Shown here: positions 37,861 through 44,349 of the stretch, in pieces
Layout of the letters: every line of letters starts with the position of its first letter
How positions within the stretch are numbered: the first letter of the stretch is position 1
IMG/VR virus record: IMGVR_UViG_2740892444_000003
Span: 1 to 45,219 of that record
Source: a virus
Lineage: Duplodnaviria > Heunggongvirae > Uroviricota > Caudoviricetes
Reading direction: 5' to 3' (one strand)
Length of the DNA stretch: 45,219 nt
Notes under the pieces: generated by a model
The model's input: only the letters and a program-made list of their open reading frames with translations
The model's database searches: none
What the model was told of the DNA's origin: nothing
Made by a program: the position numbers and the translations under genes

Positions 37861-38865
37861 ATGAATTCTATTGAAAATCATGATGTTTATGTGTATACAG
37901 GCGATATTCATCGTGATGGTTATCTTGATCTCACCAATGAAATCAAGAAACGTAAGTCACAACATGGATTAAAAGAAAATGTTATCTTCTGTGTTGCTAC
38001 TTATGGCGGTGATCCAAATGCAGGTTATCGTATAGGTAGAGCTCTACAGCACCATTATGAAACGGTAACACTTTTAGTTGTTGGACCATGCAAAAGTGCT
38101 GGTACACTAATAGCTATAGCAGCCAATAAACTTGTTATTGGCGACATGGGGGAGCTTGGACCATTAGATATCCAACTGAAAAAAAACGATGAAATAGGTG
38201 AAATGAGTTCTGGTTTAGCTATCATGACAGCTCTTGATGCTCTAAAGGAACGCTCTATTTCAGCGTTTAACTCACACCTTGTTAAGATAAGGTACGAAAA
38301 TCAGATCAGTACTAAAATGTCTGCTGATATCGCAACCAGACTTACAGAAGCGTTGATAGCACCTATGGCCGCACAGATAGATCCTATAAAGCTTGGTGAA
38401 CATCAGCGCGCAATGAGTATAGCTATCACTTATGGTCAACGATTAGCAGACAAACCAAGCAGCCTAAAAGAAGGGGCGTTAGGCAAACTAATAGCCTCAT
38501 ATCCTTCACATGGATTTGTTATCGACAGAAAAGAAGCCAAGGAACTTTTCAAGTGTGTTGAACATCCTGAAGGCATAACAGAAATACTCTATAATCTTTT
38601 CTGTGACAAAATTCATAGTGGTGAAATTCCAACATTTGGAAAGCCAAGAGTAATGGATTTCACTGTTTCCCAACAAGATAAAGAGGAATACACTAATGCC
38701 GAAGAATCTGCAACCGGAGATGGAAGTTCTCAACAGGATGCTGGAAAGCCAGATCCAGGAAGGTCGCGATCTGGCAAGAAAAGCGGAACAACACCTGAAC
38801 GAGATCAAGAAGGAATTGGAGCCGTATCAATTCAACCACCAGATGAACAGCAACCTAATGCGTGA
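37861..38865 (+). CDS. ClpP/crotonase-fold serine peptidase (SDH / S49-like), in the rex-slot position
   Basis: The segment ...FCVATYGGDPNAGYRIGRAL...LLVVGPCKSAGTLIAIAANKLVIGDMGELGPLD matches a Clp-fold pattern, with the putative nucleophile Ser at codon 38095-38097. The gene is AT-rich and has an AGGGAG RBS. The last ~56 codons look non-coding by codon choice. Confidence 0.65.
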   Translation: MNSIENHDVYVYTGDIHRDGYLDLTNEIKKRKSQHGLKENVIFCVATYGGDPNAGYRIGRALQHHYETVTLLVVGPCKSAGTLIAIAANKLVIGDMGELGPLDIQLKKNDEIGEMSSGLAIMTALDALKERSISAFNSHLVKIRYENQISTKMSADIATRLTEALIAPMAAQIDPIKLGEHQRAMSIAITYGQRLADKPSSLKEGALGKLIASYPSHGFVIDRKEAKELFKCVEHPEGITEILYNLFCDKIHSGEIPTFGKPRVMDFTVSQQDKEEYTNAEESATGDGSSQQDAGKPDPGRSRSGKKSGTTPERDQEGIGAVSIQPPDEQQPNA

Positions 38866-38881
38866 TCTCTTTGCTCTGTAA
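38696..38881 (+). CDS. Hypothetical 61-aa helical protein overlapping the 3' end of the protease ORF in another frame
   Basis: It has a GAGGA RBS and host-typical codons (CTG, CCG, GAA, CAG). It ends 15 nt before the terminator. Confidence 0.5.
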   Translation: MPKNLQPEMEVLNRMLESQIQEGRDLARKAEQHLNEIKKELEPYQFNHQMNSNLMRDLFAL

Positions 38882-38895
38882 TTAATTCCTCACAT

Positions 38896-38920
38896 CCCGG
38901 CCTCAGCGCCGGGTTTTCTT
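38896..38920 (+). terminator. Terminator closing the cI/rex-slot transcription unit
   Basis: CCCGGC-CTCAGC-GCCGGG followed by TTTTCTTT. Confidence 0.7.
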
Positions 38921-39111
38921 TGCCTCACGTTCGCCCCAAAACACATAACCAATTGTATTTATTTGAAAATTAACAGATACAACTCACTAAAACGCGCAAT
39001 TCTGATCCCCCTCAAGTCTCTTTATTCCTTCTGATAAATTCCTGCAATCAAATAAAAAACCATAATAATCAACAGGATATTTGAAAACAAAAACAATTTA
39101 TCATTTTGCTA

Positions 39112-39140
39112 TTGCCATTAATTTATCATTTCGATAAAGT
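39112..39140 (+). promoter_or_regulatory. PL promoter with overlapping operator
   Basis: TTGCCA, a 17-nt spacer, then TAAAGT. The perfect operator TTTATC-ATTTC-GATAAA lies at 39122-39138, and a weaker half-matching site lies at 39097-39113. Confidence 0.55.
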
Positions 39141-39186
39141 TAACTCATCAGCAGGACGCTGGAAGCCAAACGGAACAGACTGGCAG

Positions 39187-39232
39187 GCTCTTTAAACAAC
39201 GTCGAACACTCGACTACGTGGCTGAAAAGCCA
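39187..39232 (+). promoter_or_regulatory. nutL-like site (boxA GCTCTTTAA, boxB TGGC-TGAAAA-GCCA)
   Basis: It lies between PL and N and parallels the nutR candidate. Confidence 0.4.
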
Positions 39233-39330
39233 GATCACCCAACCACATAAGCTGTGGGATGCAATGCCGAAGCAACCGTCTCAGGAGGGGCTTCGAGATT
39301 GCATCGCCAAAGTTTATTCGGGAGGAATCT

Positions 39331-39603
39331 ATGTCCAGAAAAACAGAATTTAAAGGCACCTCAGCTTCTCGCCGTAGAGCTCGTCGCGCAAACCTGCAAA
39401 GTCAGGAGGCGATCAGCTCCGACAAGCTACACAGGCCAACCCCTTCACGAGTGGTCTTGCAATGCAAGCGCAAACCAGCAATGAGAGCAGAAGTGATAAC
39501 TCTGACAACGTTGACCAGAAAATATGAAGGTTCAACTTGTCTTCCGAACGTAGCCATTTACGCGGCAGGCTACAGGAAATCAAAACAACTGACAGCAAGG
39601 TGA
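39331..39603 (+). CDS. N-type antiterminator (P22 gp24-like)
   Basis: It has a GGAGG RBS, an Arg-rich motif SASRRRARRANL, and a C-terminus LPNVAIYAAGYRKSKQLTAR comparable to P22 gp24 LPGVALYAAGHRKSKQITAR (from memory). Confidence 0.75.
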   Translation: MSRKTEFKGTSASRRRARRANLQSQEAISSDKLHRPTPSRVVLQCKRKPAMRAEVITLTTLTRKYEGSTCLPNVAIYAAGYRKSKQLTAR

Positions 39604-39666
39604 CTTGTGTTGGTCGCCAGAAACAACGCGGAAAATCAATTCCAGCTTATTACGATTGAGGTAGTC

Positions 39667-39831
39667 ATGCTCAAGAAAGTCAAACGCCGACTTTACAAAG
39701 AAGGTAGATATTCATGTCAATTGCCAAAATGCGACACAACAAAATGGAGTGTCGATGATTGGTGTAACTGGATAGATAGATACGGAACTTGGTGGGAGCG
39801 TATTTATTTTCGCAGCAAACCACTTATTTGA
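39667..39831 (+). CDS. Hypothetical early protein (54 aa, Cys/Trp-rich)
   Basis: An internal ATG preceded by a GAGG RBS. The upstream part of the track ORF abuts the N stop. Confidence 0.4.
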   Translation: MLKKVKRRLYKEGRYSCQLPKCDTTKWSVDDWCNWIDRYGTWWERIYFRSKPLI

Positions 39832-39839
39832 GGTGAGAT

Positions 39840-40091
39840 ATGGAGTTTCATGAAAGTGCGATTTGTGATTTTCGCGCTAACGCAAATTCAGTAAAACCAC
39901 AGCCAATTGCAGTTCTTTTTAAAACAATGGGTGCGTGGGCTGTTTTATGCTTCGCCTCTGATGACACTGACGCAAGAATGGCAATAGGCCAAGAGATGGA
40001 GATGGACCCGACAAACGATGAATTCATAATTTATGGCGCTCCATCTAATTACTTACTTGATACCTGCAACATTTACAACAAGGCTGCCTGA
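39840..40091 (+). CDS. Hypothetical early protein (83 aa)
   Basis: It has a GAGGTGAG RBS and lies in the PL operon. Confidence 0.5.
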   Translation: MEFHESAICDFRANANSVKPQPIAVLFKTMGAWAVLCFASDDTDARMAIGQEMEMDPTNDEFIIYGAPSNYLLDTCNIYNKAA

Positions 40092-40227
40092 TGGTGGCCT
40101 TCATTTTTGGCATAAACAACAGAATAAACACTGCACTGTGTATTCATTCCAACGAGTGAATACACGGAGCAATGTCGCTCGTAACTAAACAGGAGCCGAC
40201 TTGTTCTGATTATTGGAAATCTTCTTT

Positions 40228-40251
40228 GCCCTCCAATGTGAGGGCTTTTTT
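40228..40251 (+). terminator. Strong rho-independent terminator within the PL operon (tL-like)
   Basis: GCCCTC-CAATGT-GAGGGC followed by T6. It is preceded by a 9-bp-stem hairpin, GTGTATTCA...TGAATACAC, at 40138-40165. Confidence 0.7.
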
Positions 40252-40317
40252 ATATGCATACCAATAACGCTTCAATTGAGGCGTTTTCGTTATGCAATCA
40301 AACAGAAGGAGTTACCC

Positions 40318-40452
40318 ATGATGCACTTTCAGTTCGCGGGTAGCGGCGTCATGTCCGCTTTCTACCCGCACGAATCTGAATTATCACGCCGAGTTAAACA
40401 ATTAATCAGAGCAGCAAAGAAACAACTGGAGGCGTTATGCGCAATGAAATAG
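40318..40452 (+). CDS. Hypothetical 44-aa early protein
   Basis: It has a GAAGGAG RBS. The longer track ORF start would read through the terminator hairpin. Confidence 0.35.
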   Translation: MMHFQFAGSGVMSAFYPHESELSRRVKQLIRAAKKQLEALCAMK

Positions 40453-40589
40453 CCATCAATCACCAGGTGCTTCGTGCAGCACAAAACAAAGCAGTAATAG
40501 CCAGATTTATTGGTGATTCCAAAATGTGGCTTGAAGCAAATAAAGCGATGAAATCAGCTATCAACCTTCCATGGTATCGCAGGAAATGA
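40437..40589 (+). CDS. Hypothetical 50-aa early protein
   Basis: Hand-translated as MRNEIAINHQVLRAAQNKAVIARFIGDSKMWLEANKAMKSAINLPWYRRK, with a GGAGG RBS. Confidence 0.3.
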   Translation: MRNEIAINHQVLRAAQNKAVIARFIGDSKMWLEANKAMKSAINLPWYRRK

Positions 40590-40664
40590 GTTTTACAGAT
40601 AACTGGTCAGACGAAGAATTCATTCGTCAGATGAAAGAATTAATCGGTAACGAAGGAGATATTC

Positions 40665-40835
40665 ATGTTACTTGCAACCACAGTGAAGGAGAGCAAGTTA
40701 CAGAGGCGCATGTACACGCAGCAGGCGTTAATGTATCGCCAGAAGGGAGATCGTGAAGGTGTTCGCGTATTTTTAAATGCGGCAAAGACTGAAGTATTAA
40801 ATCAGCGTTATTTACTTGGGCCGTGTCCATTCTGA
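40665..40835 (+). CDS. Hypothetical 56-aa early protein just upstream of erf (the position of P22 arf/kil)
   Basis: It has a GAAGGAG RBS and translates as MLLATTVKESKLQRRMYTQQALMYRQKGDREGVRVFLNAAKTEVLNQRYLLGPCPF. It conflicts with the overlapping ORF at 40586-40756. Confidence 0.35.
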   Translation: MLLATTVKESKLQRRMYTQQALMYRQKGDREGVRVFLNAAKTEVLNQRYLLGPCPF

Positions 40836-40845
40836 GAACAATCAT

Positions 40846-41451
40846 ATGAGCAAAGAATTTTACGCAAGACTGGCAGCTATTCAGGAGAATCTGAACGCGC
40901 CAAAGAATCAGTACAACTCATTCGGTAAATATAAATACAGAAGCTGCGAAGACATTCTTGAAGGCGTTAAGCCGTTACTGAATGGCCTGTTTTTATCAAT
41001 CAGCGATGAAGTTGTGTTGATTGGTGATCGGTATTACGTGAAAGCCACGGCAACTATTACCGATGGCGAAAACAGTCATACAGCAACCGCTCTTGCACGA
41101 GAGGAAGAAAGCAAGAAAGGAATGGATTCTGCACAAGTTACGGGCGCTACAAGCTCTTATGCACGCAAGTATTGCCTCAATGGTTTGTTCGGCATTGATG
41201 ATGCGAAAGATGCAGATACCGACGAGCATAAACATCAGCAGAACGCAGCAGCAAAGCAATCAAAACCATCACCTACACCTGAACAGGTTCTAAAAGCATT
41301 CACTGACGCAGCAATGCAGAAAAACACCGTAGAAGAGCTTAAACAGGCGTTCGCCAAAGCGTGGAAGATGCTCGAAGGCACACCGGAGCAGCACAAAGCG
41401 CAGGACGTTTACAACATCAGACGAGACGAATTAGAAGGGGCAACTGCTTAA
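40846..41451 (+). CDS. erf: Erf single-strand annealing recombinase
   Basis: MSKEFYARLAAIQENLNAPKNQYNSFGKYKYRSCEDILEGVKPLL... is near-identical to P22 Erf as I recall it. Confidence 0.9.
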   Translation: MSKEFYARLAAIQENLNAPKNQYNSFGKYKYRSCEDILEGVKPLLNGLFLSISDEVVLIGDRYYVKATATITDGENSHTATALAREEESKKGMDSAQVTGATSSYARKYCLNGLFGIDDAKDADTDEHKHQQNAAAKQSKPSPTPEQVLKAFTDAAMQKNTVEELKQAFAKAWKMLEGTPEQHKAQDVYNIRRDELEGATA

Positions 41452-41834
41452 TGGCACATTCGATTACAGTAAGACTAAACAAACCCGCAAGAGAGTTTCA
41501 GGCCGGGGAAAATATCGGATTCAACATCCGTGCTGGCGTTCAGTATTACGATCGCCAGACAAAAAAGAAAGAATGGACAAACTACAGCGCCGTTGTATTT
41601 GCCAAGCCGGGAGCGCGAGCGGATTACTACCGTAGTGTTCTTGTTGAAGGTGGCATTGTGGAAATTACCGGAGAAAACATCAGGGTTGATGTTTATCAGG
41701 GGCAAAATGGTCAATCAATCACTCTTGAATTACTGAATGCAAAGATTGGATTTGCAACTTCAGGAAACAGCCAACAGCAGCAAAGTAGCAATCATCAAAA
41801 TCATCCTGTATACGACGATTCCATCCCATTCTGA
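41452..41834 (+). CDS. Phage SSB-like protein
   Basis: The start overlaps the erf stop (TAATG). There is an OB-fold-like N-terminal part, a Gln-rich linker, and an acidic C-terminal tip DDSIPF typical of SSB tails. Confidence 0.65.
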
Positions 41835-41857
41835 TTTAGAAAAATAAGGATTTAATT

Positions 41858-42151
41858 ATGCCAGCGCCTCTGTATGGTGCGGATGACGCGCGCCGCTGTT
41901 CCGGCAATTCCGTATCGGAGGTGCTGGATAAATTCAGAAAAAACTACGATCGGATAATGTCGCTACCGCAGGAAACGAAAGAGGAAAAGGAATTTCGCCA
42001 TTGTATATGGCTTGCAGAGAAAGAAGAACTCGAGCGAATTTACCAGACATCAATCCGACCATTCCGCAAAGCCACATATACCCACTTCCCTGAAATTGAC
42101 CCGCGCCTGCGTAATTACCGCTCACGCTATGGCGCTATCAGTAATGACTGA
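41858..42151 (+). CDS. Hypothetical 97-aa early protein (in the slot where P22 carries abc2/abc1; unverified)
   Basis: It has an AAGGA RBS. The assignment rests on position and size only. Confidence 0.45.
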   Translation: MPAPLYGADDARRCSGNSVSEVLDKFRKNYDRIMSLPQETKEEKEFRHCIWLAEKEELERIYQTSIRPFRKATYTHFPEIDPRLRNYRSRYGAISND

Positions 42152-42161
42152 GGAATTTACC

Positions 42162-42329
42162 ATGAGAGGACTTGCATACAATCCCGGCATTCTTCCGGCA
42201 GAAATGATTATTCGCCAACGCGTAAAGCCAATGCCATCGAGAGAGGAATTGCTTAAAAGAAATAGTTTCGGTTCTGTTAATGACAACAAATATCTGAATG
42301 CGATGTTGCGCAAAGGAGGCAACCGGTGA
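42162..42329 (+). CDS. Hypothetical 55-aa protein
   Basis: An internal ATG with a GAGGAA RBS; the longer track ORF overlaps the previous gene. Confidence 0.4.
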   Translation: MRGLAYNPGILPAEMIIRQRVKPMPSREELLKRNSFGSVNDNKYLNAMLRKGGNR

Positions 42330-42409
42330 CTGGACATGCAGCGATCCTCGACATGTGCTGTGGCAGCCGCATGTTCTGGTTAGATAAGAATGACGAACGG
42401 GCGAGATAA
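42326..42409 (+). pseudogene. Truncated N-terminal fragment of a DNA methyltransferase
   Basis: It has an AAGGAGG RBS and a GTG start, and translates as [27 protein letters not shown]-stop. The DMCCGS...FW segment resembles a SAM-binding motif I. K-12 has a methyltransferase fragment (yfdM) in the related remnant. Confidence 0.4.
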
Positions 42410-42459
42410 GCGATCGGTTAAGTGCTATAGTAATGCGCTTTTGTATTTATGGAGTGAAT

Positions 42460-43158
42460 ATGAAAAATATCATACTGGCATCATTGTTAGTGGCATCGCC
42501 GGGTGCATTTGCAGCCAGCTTTGACTGCCAAAAGGCTTCGACAGCAATCGAACATAAGATCTGCGATAACGAACGGCTGTCAAAATTAGACGAACAGCTT
42601 AGCTCTGCCTATTCTAGTGCCCTCAAAGAAAACCCAGAGAACGCAGACACCCTAAAAATGGTTCAACGTCAGTGGGTAAATATGCGTGGAAAACTCACTG
42701 ATAATAAGGCTCTGGAGCTGGCTTATCTTATCCAAATTAATGGCCTCAAAGGTTTGGGGAGTTCAGTCAGCGTAACAGCGGCCAATGAGATACCCACGTC
42801 GACGCAGAAACATTCTGAAGAGCAGGAAGAAACAAGTAAGGCAGAAGTTAAGTCGGTCAAGAACGGCAATAAGCTAACCTTAGAGTCATTCCGAGCTAAA
42901 TATGTAGAAGTAGATGGTGAGTATTACAGCACGACATCCATTCCTAGAGGCAGTTCGTTCTTGTTCACTTGCGCCAGTCGTATTGCTGATGACCAAGTGA
43001 ATGTTTGGAAGAAACATGCAGCCAAAGAGGGCAAAATCGACCTATTCTTTGAGGTTGAGAATCACTTACACACTGCTATGTTGAACGCCAATTTCCAGAA
43101 GTTGAATTCAGACCCTGCCAAAAGAGGTATTTGTAATCTGATTAACGCAGTGCCGTAA
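42460..43158 (+). CDS. Secreted protein with an N-terminal DUF1311 / LprI-like domain and an uncharacterised C-terminal domain (moron)
   Basis: It has a signal peptide MKNIILASLLVASPGAFA/A, followed by FDCQKASTAIEHKICDNERLSKLDEQLSSAYS...QRQWVNMR, the DUF1311 pattern. Confidence 0.65.
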   Translation: MKNIILASLLVASPGAFAASFDCQKASTAIEHKICDNERLSKLDEQLSSAYSSALKENPENADTLKMVQRQWVNMRGKLTDNKALELAYLIQINGLKGLGSSVSVTAANEIPTSTQKHSEEQEETSKAEVKSVKNGNKLTLESFRAKYVEVDGEYYSTTSIPRGSSFLFTCASRIADDQVNVWKKHAAKEGKIDLFFEVENHLHTAMLNANFQKLNSDPAKRGICNLINAVP

Positions 43159-43166
43159 GTAAATTT

Positions 43167-43186
43167 AGGGCCACAGTTGTGGCCTT
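43167..43186 (+). terminator. Hairpin after the DUF1311 gene
   Basis: AGGGCCAC-AGTT-GTGGCCTT, followed by AAATATTTTTT. Confidence 0.45.
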
Positions 43187-43326
43187 AAATATTTTTTCAG
43201 CCTTTTCTTATTTGTAATAAGCAGTACTTAGTAGTGCTTATAAAACAGAATAAAAAACATATGACTTTGGCGATTACCCAGTAAAGATATTCGAAATAAA
43301 TGTAAATATCGGCAATGAATAACAAT

Positions 43327-43380
43327 CCTCGCACTCGCGGGGATTTCTTTTATCTGAACTCGCTACGGCGAGTTTTGTTT
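43327..43380 (+). terminator. Two tandem terminator-like hairpins
   Basis: CCTCGC-ACTC-GCGGGG followed by ATTTCTTTT (43327-43350), and AACTCGC-TACG-GCGAGTT followed by TTGTTT (43357-43380). Confidence 0.45.
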
Positions 43381-43394
43381 TATGGAGATGATAA

Positions 43395-43562
43395 ATGCAC
43401 TTCCGAGTCACAGGTGAATGGAATGGAGAACCATTCAACAGAGTTATCGAAGCAGAGGACATCAACGACTGCTATGACCACTGGATGATATGGGCGCAGA
43501 TAGCACATGCAGACGTAACCAATATTCGAATTGAAGAACTGAAAGAACACCAAGCCGCCTGA
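43395..43562 (+). CDS. Hypothetical 55-aa protein upstream of torI
   Basis: Hand-translated as MHFRVTGEWNGEPFNRVIEAEDINDCYDHWMIWAQIAHADVTNIRIEELKEHQAA, with a GGAG RBS. A terminator follows directly. Confidence 0.5.
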   Translation: MHFRVTGEWNGEPFNRVIEAEDINDCYDHWMIWAQIAHADVTNIRIEELKEHQAA

Positions 43563-43574
43563 TGGCGGTTTTTT
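43553..43574 (+). terminator. Rho-independent terminator
   Basis: AGCCGCC-TGAT-GGCGGTT running into a T-run. Confidence 0.6.
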
Positions 43575-43584
43575 ATTGCCTGAT

Positions 43585-43600
43585 TTGCAGGTTCGATTCC
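43585..43600. repeat. 16-nt copy of the argW variable-loop/T-arm segment (TTGCAGGTTCGATTCC)
   Basis: It is identical to tRNA positions 1054-1069, the segment that directly abuts the att core in the tRNA. Confidence 0.6.
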
Positions 43601-43619
43601 CTATTCGGAGATAGCACTC

Positions 43620-43820
43620 ATGCAACACGAACTACAACCTGATTCACTGGTTGATTTGAAATTCATCATGGCTGATACTGGCTTCGGTAAAACCTTCATT
43701 TATGACCGGATTAAGTCCGGCGACCTGCCAAAAGCCAAAGTTATCCACGGGCGAGCAAGATGGTTATATCGTGACCATTGTGAATTCAAAAATAAGCTCT
43801 TAAGCCGCGCCAATGGGTAA
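43620..43820 (+). CDS. torI: Excisionase / Tor response-regulator inhibitor TorI
   Basis: A 66-aa protein, MQHELQPDSLVDLKFIMADTGFGKTFIYDRIKSGDLPKAKVIHGRARWLYRDHCEFKNKLLSRANG, recognised as K-12 TorI. Confidence 0.9.
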   Translation: MQHELQPDSLVDLKFIMADTGFGKTFIYDRIKSGDLPKAKVIHGRARWLYRDHCEFKNKLLSRANG

Positions 43821-43834
43821 AATAGCGGGTAAAA
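43815..43834. promoter_or_regulatory. Two direct GGGTAAAA motifs at the attR arm
   Basis: They lie at 43815-43822 and 43827-43834, and carry the same octamer as the attL-arm cluster. Confidence 0.4.
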
Positions 43835-43893
43835 TATTTCTCACATCTAAAAAATACCATTCCAATCAATCCCCTGCTGCCTCAAGTAGATGT

Positions 43894-43908
43894 CTGCAGG
43901 GGACACCA
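43894..43908. repeat. attR core
   Basis: CTGCAGGGGACACCA, identical to 1069-1083. Confidence 0.8.
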
Positions 43909-44296
43909 GATACCCTTCAAACGAAATCTACCTTCACCCCGTAAAAGATGGGTTTGGCAGCACACTTGCCTTATATCTACTCATTTTTACTGCAACAGGT
44001 TGAAATCTCAGCACTGTCAGAAAGCGCTGATGACTAAACAGCCCTGGGCCGGGCGATGTAACCATCACACAGAATCCTGATAGCGAAATATGGCGTGACT
44101 CGATACTTCACTCCGCAATGCATTCCTTGATGAATTCGCAGGACCGTGATACACGGGACAGGTCACTGAATGACGACAATGTCCTGGAAATCAGCGAACC
44201 GCGCATCTGAAGTACATTTGAGCGACTGTACCAGAACATGAATGAGGCGTTTGGATTAGGCGATTATTAGCAGGGCTAAGCATTTTACTATTATTA

Positions 44297-44340
44297 TTTT
44301 CCGGTTGAGGGATATAGAGCTATCGACAACAACCGGAAAA
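44297..44340 (-). terminator. 11-bp inverted repeat downstream of cscB (possible terminator)
   Basis: TTTTCCGGTTG ... CAACCGGAAAA, with a 22-nt loop (44308-44329). Confidence 0.35.
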
Positions 44341-44349
44341 AGTTTACGT

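Larger units (their letters stand above)
1069..43908. mobile_element. Integrated temperate prophage at argW with a lambdoid regulatory/replication/lysis backbone, Mu-like contractile tail and gtr serotype-conversion module; a full-length relative of CPS-53/KplE1
   Basis: Bounded by a 15-bp direct repeat that matches the tRNA 3' end. It contains integrase, excisionase, immunity, replication, nin, Q, lysis, packaging, head, tail and fibre modules, with no obvious disrupted core gene. Confidence 0.9.

Noticed and set aside
39254-39330. Upstream extensions of the N ORF (track starts at 39254 and 39259).
   Set aside because: These starts lie in the nutL leader. The ATG at 39331 has a GGAGG RBS and places the Arg-rich motif near the N-terminus, as in other N proteins.
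40586-40756. A 56-aa ORF (MSFTDNWSDEEF...) overlapping ORF 40665-40835 in another frame.
   Set aside because: The two ORFs overlap by ~90 nt, so only one is likely to be real. The downstream one has the stronger RBS (GAAGGAG). I cannot decide definitively without homologues.
43274-43628. Two minus-strand ORFs (63 and 82 aa) near torI.
   Set aside because: They run antisense through terminator hairpins and through the better-supported plus-strand 55-aa ORF. They lack an RBS and have odd composition.
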